Notes: a model not told the origin generated them from the letters alone. Counted from the first letter of the stretch, positions 47,866 through 58,313 are shown. The stretch is 64,000 nt of DNA from an alpha proteobacterium SCGC AAA240-E13 (GCA_000504625.1 AZHR01000004.1:15863-79862); one strand, 5' to 3'. Numbers and translations: made by a program.

Positions 47866-49561
47866 ATTTTTTTTATTATATTTTTATTTAATATTAATTG
47901 TATCTTCGATTTTAGGTTATGGTTTTTTATTAGCAAATTTTATAAATAAAAATCTGTTAAAGTATAATTTAGGATATATCGGGATATTGGGATTATTATC
48001 TCTAGTTCTTGTATCGTACACTACAATTTTTTTTTTTAAACATGACTACATTCATAATATAATTATACACTTTATTGGTTTATTCTCTTTTGTTTTTTTT
48101 TTTCGTAAATTAAAATTAAATAAAGATTATATTTTATTAATTATACTAATATTTATCCTAGGCTCATCATTGTTGATTCTAAAAAATCACGATGATTTTC
48201 CCTACTATCATCTAACTTTTTCACTTGGTTTAACTGAAAATAAAATCCAAATGGGATTAGGCAACTTAATGCATGGTTATAAACATCATTCATCTTTATT
48301 TTTTTTAAATTCTTTAATTTTTTTACCATATATTAAATTTTATCTTTTTCATTCGTTTGGTTTAATTTCATTACTTTTTACTAATTATATATGTTTAAGT
48401 TTTATAATTAATAAAAAAGAATTTAAAGATTTTAATTATATATATATTTTTTATTTATTAGTTTTTGCATATGTTAATGTTAAGTTTTATAGAATCGGCG
48501 GATATGGCACAGATATTGCTGCACAACTGATTGTCTTAATTTTAATTCCCTTAGTTTTAATTACGATAAAAAAAAATTTAAACAAACTCGAATTCAAATG
48601 TAATATTCAATTATTAATTTTATTAGTATGCTACTTAATAACAATTAAAACGTATTTAATTGTTTATGCATTATTTTTACTTTTGATTTTAATCCTTTAT
48701 CATAAGAGAAGTAACTTGATTAAACTATTTTTTGCCAGCAGAACAACAATTATTGTGCTTGTAACTTTTGTTTTATTTACATTAATAAATTTATCTTATA
48801 CTGGTTGCGTAATTTATCCTTTAAAAGAAACCTGTTTTTCAAAAAAAATTTCCTGGGCACTTAGCCAAGAAGAAGTTCAATATTTAAAAGTATGGTATGA
48901 GTTATGGTCAAAAGGAGGGGCAAGTCCTCATCATAGAGTCGAAAACAAAAAAGAATATATAGAAGGGTTTAACTGGCTAAAAGGGTGGACGGTGGTTTAT
49001 TTTTTTAATAAAGGCCTTGAAAATTTAACACACATATTATTTTTCACAATTTTATTTATCATAATTTTTTATCGAAATAAAAAAAAATTTCCTGAAAATA
49101 TTGACAAAAATATATATAAAATATGGTTTGTTATATTAATATTGTCTGGGGAATGGTTTTATAAACACCCAACACTTCGTTACGGAGGTTATAGTTTATT
49201 AGCATCATTTATTTTTCTACCTGCAGCGATATTTTTATCTTGTTCACTCATTAAAAAAGAGACAAAAAAAAAATTAGTTGCTGGACTAGTAATAATTACT
49301 TTACTAATTTTTAACGCAAGAAATATAAAAAGAATAAACAAAGAGATGAAAATTTATGATGCCAGCGGTTTTCCTTACTTTTATGTTCCAAAAGTTGATT
49401 TTACATCCATTGAATTAAATGAAGATATAAATATTTATGTTCCCATTAATGAAGCTTGTTGGGCAATAAAAACTCCTTGTACAGGCGGAGCTGACGGTCT
49501 TAACACAAAAAAAATATTCGGATATAGTGTTTTTCTCAATAAAGATAAACCGAAAAAATAA
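47849..49561 (+). CDS. large polytopic membrane protein with a C-terminal extracytoplasmic domain (polymerase/ligase/GT-C-like, uncertain)
   Basis: At least 12 TM segments, then a soluble tail of about 110 aa containing a conserved-looking CWAIKTPCTGG. Confidence 0.4.
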   Translation: MVIMVKFFLLYFYLILIVSSILGYGFLLANFINKNLLKYNLGYIGILGLLSLVLVSYTTIFFFKHDYIHNIIIHFIGLFSFVFFFRKLKLNKDYILLIILIFILGSSLLILKNHDDFPYYHLTFSLGLTENKIQMGLGNLMHGYKHHSSLFFLNSLIFLPYIKFYLFHSFGLISLLFTNYICLSFIINKKEFKDFNYIYIFYLLVFAYVNVKFYRIGGYGTDIAAQLIVLILIPLVLITIKKNLNKLEFKCNIQLLILLVCYLITIKTYLIVYALFLLLILILYHKRSNLIKLFFASRTTIIVLVTFVLFTLINLSYTGCVIYPLKETCFSKKISWALSQEEVQYLKVWYELWSKGGASPHHRVENKKEYIEGFNWLKGWTVVYFFNKGLENLTHILFFTILFIIIFYRNKKKFPENIDKNIYKIWFVILILSGEWFYKHPTLRYGGYSLLASFIFLPAAIFLSCSLIKKETKKKLVAGLVIITLLIFNARNIKRINKEMKIYDASGFPYFYVPKVDFTSIELNEDINIYVPINEACWAIKTPCTGGADGLNTKKIFGYSVFLNKDKPKK

Positions 49562-49605
49562 AAAAATAAATGACTTTTGATTTAAAAAATTTATCAAAGT
49601 TATAA

Positions 49606-50373
49606 ATGAAAAAATTCAAAAAAAATCTAAAAAAAGACCATACCTCCATGATTATACCACTGTATAATGAAGAATCTAGATTAGATGACTGTTTTAGTAT
49701 AATAAAAAAATTTTTTAAAAAAAAAAGGAAAATTTTTTCTGAAATCATTTTTGTTAATGATGGAAGTACTGATCAATCAAAAAAAAAAATAACTGAATTT
49801 ATAAATAAAAATAATACAAAATTCTTTAGTACTAAAATAAAATTAGTCTCTTATACAAAAAATATTGGTAAAGGTTATGCTATTAAAAGAGGAATGCTTA
49901 TTTCTAGATCGGATTGGATTTTAACGTGCGATCTTGACATGTCGGTATTACCTAACCAGTACTTGATTTGGAAAAAAAGAAAATTAATAAAAAATATAAA
50001 CTGTGCCTATATTGCATCTCGGAAGCACAAGAATTCAAAAATAAAATCTAAATTTATTAGAAGAAAATTTGGAAATATTTTAAATTTCATTCTTATTAAT
50101 TTTTTCAATCTAAAAATTTCAGATACACAATGTGGTTTTAAACTTTTTCATTCTTCTTATGCTAAAAAAATATTTAATAAAATTAAAAGTTATGACTATG
50201 TATTTGATGTAGAAACAATGTTATTGCTTAAAAAAAACAATATTAGGATTGTCGAACTACCCGTATCATGGATACATAAACCCGGAAGTAAAGTTCATTT
50301 AATAAAAGATTCGATTAAATTTTTTTTAGATTTATTAATTTTAAAAAAAAATTTCAAAATAATAATCGATTGA
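49606..50373 (+). CDS. GT2, dolichyl/polyprenyl-phosphate beta-glucosyltransferase-like
   Basis: SMIIPLYNEESRL, IFVNDGSTDQS, GKGYAIKRG, CDLDMS and DTQCGFKLF. Confidence 0.8.
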   Translation: MKKFKKNLKKDHTSMIIPLYNEESRLDDCFSIIKKFFKKKRKIFSEIIFVNDGSTDQSKKKITEFINKNNTKFFSTKIKLVSYTKNIGKGYAIKRGMLISRSDWILTCDLDMSVLPNQYLIWKKRKLIKNINCAYIASRKHKNSKIKSKFIRRKFGNILNFILINFFNLKISDTQCGFKLFHSSYAKKIFNKIKSYDYVFDVETMLLLKKNNIRIVELPVSWIHKPGSKVHLIKDSIKFFLDLLILKKNFKIIID

Positions 50374-50393
50374 ATTTGCTACTTAAATAAAAT

Positions 50394-52526
50394 TTAATAA
50401 GTCAATATTTCCATACTTTCAACTAAAAGTCCTAATTTTCTGGCATCAGGTGATTCATATAATTCTAAAGGAGAAACAGGATTATTGATTTTAAATTTAA
50501 TATAGTGAGTATTATCAGATATTAAATCTTTTTTCAGTCTCAATTCAATTGAATTTTCATTTAATTCATCAATGTTTTTCAAAGAAAATTTTTTAATAAA
50601 TAAATCATTTATACTAATCTCAAAATTTATTGGTTCGTTTTTATTAACAATCAATGATCCCAATTTAATTTTAATTAAATAATCTTCATTTTCTGTATTA
50701 TTAAATTTAAAAAGCAATGTTGAAATATTTCCTTCAGTCCATATACCTGGCTTAGGCGAATTAAAGTTATGTGACCATCCAAAACCGTGTACACCTTTTT
50801 TATCTTGGAATTTAAAAATATTTTTTTTTTTCTCAGATAATATCATCGGATCGTACTTACTTAATTCTTGTTTATCGAAATTTGTCATTTCATTTTTTTT
50901 ATCTGCAACAACAACCCAAACATTATCTCTAAAGAAAAAACCAACATTTTTATTTTTAAATAAATATTTTAAATTTCTTAAATGATTGTTGTTATCAATT
51001 GCAAATATTGTATTTTTGTCAATTATACCTTGGTCAAATGATTTGTATAAATTCGATCTACTGATTGAAGCTATTTTTCTATTATATCTTGCATGTTTTG
51101 CGATGTCTGTACTTTTGAAAATTCTTGAAATTAAAATTTCCTTTAAAGACATGAGCAAGTGTGTTTCGTTGTTTAGATATGTAGTTCTTAAAAACTGATT
51201 TTCCTGACTTAGTTTATTCCAAAATAAATAGTTCATTTCTTTTTTTTCAGTTTTGAATTCATTTGAGTTAAAATAATTTTTTAAACCTGGAGAAATATCA
51301 ATGACTTGCAAAAAAAATAATAACGTCAAAATATATAATGAATTTTTGGTCGAAAATTTATTGTATAATACCAATATAGATCCTAAAAATAATAAATAGT
51401 ATACGGGCCAAAACAATCTACCAGAAGCTCTAACTAAACTCAGTATACCATAGATATATTTAGGTAGTTCGAATTCAAAAAGTAAATGATCAGCGAATGA
51501 AATTTTGTTGGTTAGGGCAATTAATGGAAATAAAATAATAATAAAAAAATAAGGTCTATATTTTTTTTTTTTAAATTGGTTAAAATTAAAAAAGAAATGA
51601 AAAATACCAATTATTAAAAGAAAAATACCACCAATCCCCAAATAATTAAATCCTTCAACTCTTTCTTGCCATTGAGAAGAAATTTCTGGCAAGAATAAAG
51701 ACCAATTTATTATATTGTTTGGCGTTTGAGAAATTGGGTTAATTATACTTGCCAAATTTAATTTATAAAATCCATATCCATGTCCCAAAGCATCAGTGTA
51801 TGGCACCTCAAAAAATCCAAAAACATACATTGTTATAAATAAAAAAATTAATGGAGACAATATTTGTATTATCAACTTTTTAATATTTAAATTAATTAGA
51901 TGTTCATTAATAATAAATAAAAAAAATATTCCAAACAAAATCATTGTAAAATAAAAATGAGTTAATGCAGACAATAAAATTACCACTGTCCAATAAAATA
52001 TTTTTTTGTATGATTCTTTTTTTGTCTCTATATAAAAGCCCAATAAAATAAGCCAATGCGCAGACAATGATAGATGCCATGAGATTCTATGAATAAAAAT
52101 TGGAGACAATAAAAAAAATAATGATCCAATTATTGAAAAGGTTAAATTTTTTGTATGATAATAAATAATTAAAAATGAAATATATGATTGTAAAAAAAAA
52201 CAAATAAAAACCCATAAACTAAAAAAATGAAAATCACTTGGAAGAATATTGTGAAATAATTTAAATATGACAGAAAGCAATGGAATAGATGAAAAAACAA
52301 TACCACTTGCTATATCCATTCCATAATTGGGATTGCTAGCTATTGGAAATCTCCAAACATCATCCTTAAAATATTTCCAAGAAATTAAATCCGAAGTCAT
52401 ATCTGTACTTGATGTCAGCCAATGATGACTTGTGAAAGATATATAATCAAATCCCAAAATATATGTTGTGGCAAAAAAACTTAAAAAAATATATAGCAAT
52501 AAAACTATCTTATTTTTTTCTATCAT
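50394..52526 (-). CDS. large polytopic membrane protein with a C-terminal soluble domain (DUF6311-like, uncertain)
   Basis: N-terminal HHWLTSSTDMTSDLISWKYFKDDVWRFPI loop motif, about 13 TM segments, and a C-terminal domain of about 270 aa. Confidence 0.45.
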   Translation of the reverse strand: MIEKNKIVLLLYIFLSFFATTYILGFDYISFTSHHWLTSSTDMTSDLISWKYFKDDVWRFPIASNPNYGMDIASGIVFSSIPLLSVIFKLFHNILPSDFHFFSLWVFICFFLQSYISFLIIYYHTKNLTFSIIGSLFFLLSPIFIHRISWHLSLSAHWLILLGFYIETKKESYKKIFYWTVVILLSALTHFYFTMILFGIFFLFIINEHLINLNIKKLIIQILSPLIFLFITMYVFGFFEVPYTDALGHGYGFYKLNLASIINPISQTPNNIINWSLFLPEISSQWQERVEGFNYLGIGGIFLLIIGIFHFFFNFNQFKKKKYRPYFFIIILFPLIALTNKISFADHLLFEFELPKYIYGILSLVRASGRLFWPVYYLLFLGSILVLYNKFSTKNSLYILTLLFFLQVIDISPGLKNYFNSNEFKTEKKEMNYLFWNKLSQENQFLRTTYLNNETHLLMSLKEILISRIFKSTDIAKHARYNRKIASISRSNLYKSFDQGIIDKNTIFAIDNNNHLRNLKYLFKNKNVGFFFRDNVWVVVADKKNEMTNFDKQELSKYDPMILSEKKKNIFKFQDKKGVHGFGWSHNFNSPKPGIWTEGNISTLLFKFNNTENEDYLIKIKLGSLIVNKNEPINFEISINDLFIKKFSLKNIDELNENSIELRLKKDLISDNTHYIKFKINNPVSPLELYESPDARKLGLLVESMEILTY

Positions 52527-52571
52527 ATGAAATAACTTTACAATTATTTGAATTAATATAATTAAATCTTT

Positions 52572-53237
52572 ATGTATAAAAAAGATATATTTAAAAAACT
52601 AGACGCTAAATATAACACACATCTATATAGTGGTTTACTTGGATATGCTATGAGATACTGCCATAAACAACTTGAAAAGTTTAATGGAAAGAAAAAATAT
52701 TCAAAAGTTTTAGAAATTGGTGCTGGCAGTGCTCCACACATAAGTTATTTAAAGCATGAATATGATGAATATTTTGTCGCGGAAGTTTCAAATAGTGCAC
52801 TAAAATTTTATGAAGAAATGAAAAACATTAAAGCATATTCATACGATGGAGTAAATTTACCTTTCGAAAATAATTTTTTTGATAGAATAATTATCTCGCA
52901 ATGTTTAGAACATGTAAATGAGCCAGAGAAATTTTTGTTTGAAATGATGAGTAAATTAAAAGAAGGTGGCATTCTTTCGATATCTTTGCCTACGGATCCA
53001 GGAGTGTCATGGAGATTAGGTAGGTTATTCATTAGATGTTTTATTGTAAAAAAAACATATAATGTCTCTAAAGAAGAATATGAGTACATTAATGCAACCG
53101 AACATATAAATTCGATTTTTACTTTAATTAATTTAATAAGATACAATTTTAAAAATCAAATTGAGGAACATTACCTACCTTTTAGAATTAAATTATTGGA
53201 TATAAACTTATTTTACAATGTTCATATTACAAAATGA
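52572..53237 (+). CDS. class I SAM-dependent methyltransferase
   Basis: VLEIGAGSAPH (motif I) and FDRIIISQCLEHV...LKEGGILSISLP. Confidence 0.8.
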   Translation: MYKKDIFKKLDAKYNTHLYSGLLGYAMRYCHKQLEKFNGKKKYSKVLEIGAGSAPHISYLKHEYDEYFVAEVSNSALKFYEEMKNIKAYSYDGVNLPFENNFFDRIIISQCLEHVNEPEKFLFEMMSKLKEGGILSISLPTDPGVSWRLGRLFIRCFIVKKTYNVSKEEYEYINATEHINSIFTLINLIRYNFKNQIEEHYLPFRIKLLDINLFYNVHITK

Positions 53238-53386
53238 AACCTTCTAGAAGAAATTTTTTTAAAACATTTTTTATATCATTATCAATTTGGCCTTTTATAA
53301 AATTTGATTTGTTTTTTCCCAATTACAAAAGGTTTAAATTAAAAAAGAAAAAAAAATTTATTTGGTATCTAAATAGTGATGATTAA
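53234..53386 (+). CDS. 50-aa micro-ORF with a twin-arginine (Tat) signal motif
   Basis: Own translation: MKPSRRNFFKTFFISLSIWPFIKFDLFFPNYKRFKLKKKKKFIWYLNSDD. SRRNFFK matches S/T-R-R-x-F-L-K. Its ATG overlaps the methyltransferase TGA (ATGA) and its TAA overlaps the GMC ATG (TAATG). It is below the ORF-track size cutoff. Confidence 0.45.
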   Translation: MKPSRRNFFKTFFISLSIWPFIKFDLFFPNYKRFKLKKKKKFIWYLNSDD

Positions 53387-54795
53387 TGATTCTAAAAAAA
53401 TTAGATAGTGTCAATTTAGATAATTTTCCTGTAGCTATTTTTGGAAGTGGTCCAGCTGGAATTACCACTGCATTAGAATTAGAAAAAAAAAATATAAAAT
53501 GCTTGATAATAGAAGCGGGTGGTGAAAATTACAGCGAAATTTCACAAGAATTTTATAAAGGTAAAATTATCGGAGATCAAATTACAGATTTATCAGTAAG
53601 CAGGCTAAGACAATTTGGAGGAACTTCAGGTCATTGGGGTGGTTGGTCAAAACCTATGGAGAAATACAATTTTAATCTTTGGCCTATAAAAGATAATGAG
53701 TTAAATCCATATTTGAAAAGAACTTCCGAAATACTAAATATCAATAATAAATTCAGAAAATCATCATTGAACGAGTTTTTTAATCAAATAGAATTTCAAT
53801 ACTCAAATGTAAAATTTGCGGATAAATTTAAAAATCATATAAAAAATTCAAATAACATATTGCTGATCCTAAACACTCAATTATCACATTTTGTTGGTCA
53901 TAATAACAATACCAAGTATGCAGTATGCATATCTGACAAAAAAATAAAGAAAGTAAATACAAAATATTTTATTTTAGCTTGTGGTGGTATTGAAAATTCT
54001 AGACTTTTACTTTGGACAAAAAATAAAAATCAAGAGTTTATTGATAATAATTTACCTATCGGAAAATATTGGATGAATCATCCTTGGATATTGGGAGGCG
54101 TGGGAATAATTAATAAAAAAAAATTAAAAAGTAAACTTGAAAATAATTTTTTAGAATATGGCGGCCCACTTCATTTTGCAGCAAAAAAGGAGTTAATAAA
54201 TAAAAAAAAAATTTTGAGTGCTGCAATTTATATGAATGCTAAAGAAAATACAAAAATATATAAAGAGATTATAAAAGATATCCTTTGTATAGCTCCAGAA
54301 TATGGAAAAAAAATAGCAAGTATGATTTTTAAAAAAAGCCTTAAATGCGGAAATATTTTTATGAATTTAGAGGAAAATGCAAATGAAAATAATAAAATTG
54401 TTCTAGATGAAAAAAAGGATGAATTTGGAATGCCTATGGTAAAATTATTTTATAAAAAATCTCGAGATTCACTTAAGACTGCAAAATTTTTTTTAGAAGA
54501 ATTTGGAAATTTGTGCAGACAAGATGATTTGGGAAGAATTGCAATTAAAGATAGTATTTATAATTTAGAAGACTTTGACAGTATAGCTGCCCACCATCAC
54601 ATGGGAGGTACTAGAATGGGAATAGATAAATTTGACTCGGTTGTAAATAAAGATTTAAAAATACATAACATTAACAATCTTTATGTTAGCGGGAGTTCGA
54701 ATTTTGTAACTAGTGGTTATACGAATCCAACTTTTACAATTGTTCAGTTGGCAATCAGACTTGCAGAAAAAATTAATGAAAGATTGCACACATAA
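53386..54795 (+). CDS. GMC family FAD-dependent oxidoreductase
   Basis: The ADP-binding fold VAIFGSGPAGITTALEL...IIEAGG and the C-terminal GMC signature AHHHMGGTRMG...NLYVSGSSNF. Confidence 0.85.
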   Translation: MILKKLDSVNLDNFPVAIFGSGPAGITTALELEKKNIKCLIIEAGGENYSEISQEFYKGKIIGDQITDLSVSRLRQFGGTSGHWGGWSKPMEKYNFNLWPIKDNELNPYLKRTSEILNINNKFRKSSLNEFFNQIEFQYSNVKFADKFKNHIKNSNNILLILNTQLSHFVGHNNNTKYAVCISDKKIKKVNTKYFILACGGIENSRLLLWTKNKNQEFIDNNLPIGKYWMNHPWILGGVGIINKKKLKSKLENNFLEYGGPLHFAAKKELINKKKILSAAIYMNAKENTKIYKEIIKDILCIAPEYGKKIASMIFKKSLKCGNIFMNLEENANENNKIVLDEKKDEFGMPMVKLFYKKSRDSLKTAKFFLEEFGNLCRQDDLGRIAIKDSIYNLEDFDSIAAHHHMGGTRMGIDKFDSVVNKDLKIHNINNLYVSGSSNFVTSGYTNPTFTIVQLAIRLAEKINERLHT

Positions 54796-54832
54796 ATGAG
54801 TTTGGGTATTTCAATTAAAGAAATATTTGTAA

Positions 54833-55561
54833 ATGTTTAGATATAAAAAAAAAACACAAATAATAGTATTATTAATATTAATAATTGTTTTAGGAATAAA
54901 TACCAATTTTTTTAGAAACCTTGTTGAAGTTATTGTATACAAATTCGATAATAGAATAATCAACAAATATGGATATTGTTCTAATGAAAGTATTGGATAT
55001 TTATTATATCTTAAAAAAAAATATCAAATAGAGGATAATCCTAAAATTATAAATTATATTCATGAACCACAAACAAGTTGGGCAATAATAAATACTAAAA
55101 TAATAAATGAAAACTCGAAAAAATTAATATTACTTAATTATCCTGGTCCAGAAATTAGAATAAATTTAAAAAAAATTAACGGTAATTTATTTGAATTTCA
55201 AGATTCTGAATTTTTTTCTGATAAATTCGATAAAATTGAAAGTATAGAAATTTTTAATAATTCAGAAAATCTTGAAAAGATAAACTGGACAATTAATATT
55301 TTGACAATTGACAAATCAAAGAATAAAAAAAAAATTAAAGTATTAAATGTTAAAAATTTTTTAAACGAAAGTTTAAAAATTAAATTAGATTTATTGTTTG
55401 AAAATTTAAATTTAATTGGAGAAAAATTTTATTTTGAAATAATAAATAAAGATATATCTAAGTTTAAAAATTTACAGTTACATATTGTGTTAAAAAATAA
55501 ATATATTTTAAAAGACTTTCAAATAATAGACAGAAAAGATAACTGTTACTACATTAAGTAA
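54833..55561 (+). CDS. hypothetical membrane-anchored protein
   Basis: One N-terminal TM segment (IIVLLILIIVLGI), then an Asn/Lys-rich domain of about 210 aa. No family was recognised. Confidence 0.4.
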   Translation: MFRYKKKTQIIVLLILIIVLGINTNFFRNLVEVIVYKFDNRIINKYGYCSNESIGYLLYLKKKYQIEDNPKIINYIHEPQTSWAIINTKIINENSKKLILLNYPGPEIRINLKKINGNLFEFQDSEFFSDKFDKIESIEIFNNSENLEKINWTINILTIDKSKNKKKIKVLNVKNFLNESLKIKLDLLFENLNLIGEKFYFEIINKDISKFKNLQLHIVLKNKYILKDFQIIDRKDNCYYIK

Positions 55562-55563
55562 AA

Positions 55564-56871
55564 ATGATTGAACTTCTGCAAATAATATTGACTTTTTTTC
55601 TATTTTTTTTAATGATTGCGACTCCAATTGATATTTTTGATTCAAAACCTTTTATTAATAAAAAATTTTTTAGCCTAGATGTTGCCTCTTTTAATTTAAT
55701 ATTAAATTGCAATATTTTATTATTATTATCTATTCTCCCTATTTCTCTAAACACATTCAGTTTATTTTTGATTTTACTATATATATTCATATTTATTTAT
55801 ATTTATTTTATCCGAAATTTTAAATTTGATTTACAAAAAAACTTTATTCAATTTTTATCTATATTTTTTGTTATATATCTTATTATTGCCATTAATGTTG
55901 CCGGTGAATTATATCTTGGATGGGATGCAAAATATTTTTACTACATCAAAGCATTATTTTTTATAGAAAATCAAAATTTTTATGATTTAAATAATTTTAG
56001 TTATAATGCTTGGCACCCACATCTTGGTTCATATTTTTGGGCCTTTTTTTGGAATTTGATGCCTATAAAATTAGAATATTTTGGAAGGCTATTTTATGTT
56101 TTTCTTCTTTGTTTTTCTATATTTTATACATGTCACAATAATTTAAAAGATAAATTTGTAGGCAACGTCATATTTATTTTAATAATTTTAATTTTTTATG
56201 TGTATGAAAGATTTTCTGGTCTACAGGAAATCCTAATTTTTTCTATTTTGATAATTTTATCAAAATACTTTTTATTATTAAAAAATTTTAATAACAAATA
56301 TTATGTTTTATTTATAATTTTGGGTTGTAATCTTATAATTTGGTTTAAAGCTGAGGGAATAGCATATGCTTCTATAATTATACTGCTATTAAATTTTAGC
56401 GATCAAATTCCTAAAAAATTTAAAACTTATATAAACTTATCTTATGTTTTCATTATTATTTTTAAAATTATGATTTATAATACTTTTAATGCAACAATAA
56501 TTGACCCCAGTGGTCATCCTTATTATTTGAAATATCTGTTGAATTTAAATATTGAATTTGTAATATATAAATTAAAATTCATTATACCTTACCTTTTTTA
56601 CTATACCTTAACCAACGTCTTTTTTATTTCTGGAGTTATAATTTTATTCATACTTAATTTCAAAAAAAAAATTCATAGCTATACTAAACTTTTAAATCTT
56701 TATTTCATTTCCAATCTTATATTTATATTTAGTGCCTATTTATTTAGAGATATGGAAATTGAATACTCAATTAAAACCACTATGGAACGTGTGGTTTTTA
56801 CATCATCGGGCTTTTATATATTTTTGATAATTAATTTTTTTAGAGGCTTAAATAAAAATTATTTGAAATAA
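55564..56871 (+). CDS. polytopic membrane protein, GT-C-like (uncertain)
   Basis: About 11 TM segments. The loop GWDAKYFYYIKALFF...WHPHLGSYFW resembles GT-C/PMT-like families. Confidence 0.4.
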   Translation: MIELLQIILTFFLFFLMIATPIDIFDSKPFINKKFFSLDVASFNLILNCNILLLLSILPISLNTFSLFLILLYIFIFIYIYFIRNFKFDLQKNFIQFLSIFFVIYLIIAINVAGELYLGWDAKYFYYIKALFFIENQNFYDLNNFSYNAWHPHLGSYFWAFFWNLMPIKLEYFGRLFYVFLLCFSIFYTCHNNLKDKFVGNVIFILIILIFYVYERFSGLQEILIFSILIILSKYFLLLKNFNNKYYVLFIILGCNLIIWFKAEGIAYASIIILLLNFSDQIPKKFKTYINLSYVFIIIFKIMIYNTFNATIIDPSGHPYYLKYLLNLNIEFVIYKLKFIIPYLFYYTLTNVFFISGVIILFILNFKKKIHSYTKLLNLYFISNLIFIFSAYLFRDMEIEYSIKTTMERVVFTSSGFYIFLIINFFRGLNKNYLK

Positions 56872-58313
56872 TATAAAAATCTTTTTAGCAAAATCAACTT
56901 TAACATTTTTAATGCCGTTATGGAAACCTTGAGATATGTATCTGAAAATTTCGAAACACCATATATTCTAGGGTAATAATTAACTGGAATTTCTACAACT
57001 CTACAACCACTATTTATAAATTCAATTGTTAATTCAGGTGCGAAAGCTGGACTTTCTGAAATAATATTTTGTTTAATTTTATCATATTTTGTTTTCCAAA
57101 AAACTCTATATGTACAACCTACGTCTGATAAAAGAGTCTTATTTTTCGGCCATAGAATTGAAACCAAATTAGCAAAAAGTTTATTAAAAAAAATTCTTGG
57201 CCTATTCATATTTGCTTTATATTGTATATAACTAGGATTTGTTCTTGTTCCTTGAACTACGTCATTATCCATCAAACAATTCAGCATTTTTTCTAAATCT
57301 GAACTTCTAAATGTTCCATCAGCTTCGGCAAGAACTATAATATCTGCGGTAGAGTGATCTATGCCAGTTTTTAGTGCATGACCATATCCACGGTAATTGT
57401 CCGAAATCACTTTTGCTCCATTTTCAGTTGCAATTTTACTAGTTTTGTCTGAAGATATTTTATTTGCGACAATTACATTATTTACTATATGTTTAAAATC
57501 TTTAACAACAAAAGATATAGTTTCTTCTTCAAGATATGAGGGAATTATGACATCAACAGTAAATTTTTTATTTTTTCTAATTTTTTTTTCAGTTTCATAA
57601 ATATCAACTCTTGTATTAATGTTACAATAAATACTTTTAAGTATGTGATATCTTGGAATTTCAACTTTATGTAACAAGGAAAACAAAGGGGTTTTTATAC
57701 CAATACTTAAATTTTTAGTTATCAATTCTGTAAAGTTTTTATTTACACAAGTCAATCCAGTTCCAAAGAAATTGGAAATAATTTTATTGCTCTTTTCGAC
57801 AGAATTAGTAATAACTTTATTTTTTTCGTCTATAGTTACAGCATAATTTTTCAAGTATTCTTCAGGAAAGTTAAATTCTTTGATTGCAGCCATTATAGAA
57901 AAATTATTATTAGAGATTGAATTACAAAAATCTTTAAAATCATTTTCAGCATAATATTCATCTACTAAAGTAATAAGAACATGTTCTTTGTGATCCAGAA
58001 ATTTATTAATATTTTTTATAGCAAGAAGTAACTCTAAGCCCTCTTTATTGCTTACTTCTTCGTTAAAGATTAGTTCCACACCTTTGAAATCTTTTATACT
58101 TTCCTGAAAGAGTTTTTCATGAGCAGTAATTACTACGTAAATTTTTTCAGGATTTAAATACTGTTTTATTAAATTAATATGTCTTTTTAAAAGTTGTTTA
58201 TTATCTATTTCAATAAATGCTTTTAAATTTTGCTTTTTATCTAATTGAATTCTATTACCTTTTCCTCCTGCTAAAATAAAAGCCTTCCTTATTTTTTCTA
58301 CTTTTTCAGCCAT
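56859..58313 (-). CDS. bifunctional fusion: sugar-phosphate nucleotidyltransferase (N-terminal) and GT2 polyprenol-phosphate glycosyltransferase-like (C-terminal)
   Basis: The N-terminus has AFILAGGKGNRI (the nucleotidyltransferase G-x-G-x-R loop). From about residue 250: VDVIIPSYLEEE, GYGHALKTG and AEADGT, a DPM1-like GT2 pattern. Confidence 0.75.
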   Translation of the reverse strand: MAEKVEKIRKAFILAGGKGNRIQLDKKQNLKAFIEIDNKQLLKRHINLIKQYLNPEKIYVVITAHEKLFQESIKDFKGVELIFNEEVSNKEGLELLLAIKNINKFLDHKEHVLITLVDEYYAENDFKDFCNSISNNNFSIMAAIKEFNFPEEYLKNYAVTIDEKNKVITNSVEKSNKIISNFFGTGLTCVNKNFTELITKNLSIGIKTPLFSLLHKVEIPRYHILKSIYCNINTRVDIYETEKKIRKNKKFTVDVIIPSYLEEETISFVVKDFKHIVNNVIVANKISSDKTSKIATENGAKVISDNYRGYGHALKTGIDHSTADIIVLAEADGTFRSSDLEKMLNCLMDNDVVQGTRTNPSYIQYKANMNRPRIFFNKLFANLVSILWPKNKTLLSDVGCTYRVFWKTKYDKIKQNIISESPAFAPELTIEFINSGCRVVEIPVNYYPRIYGVSKFSDTYLKVSITALKMLKLILLKRFLYYFK

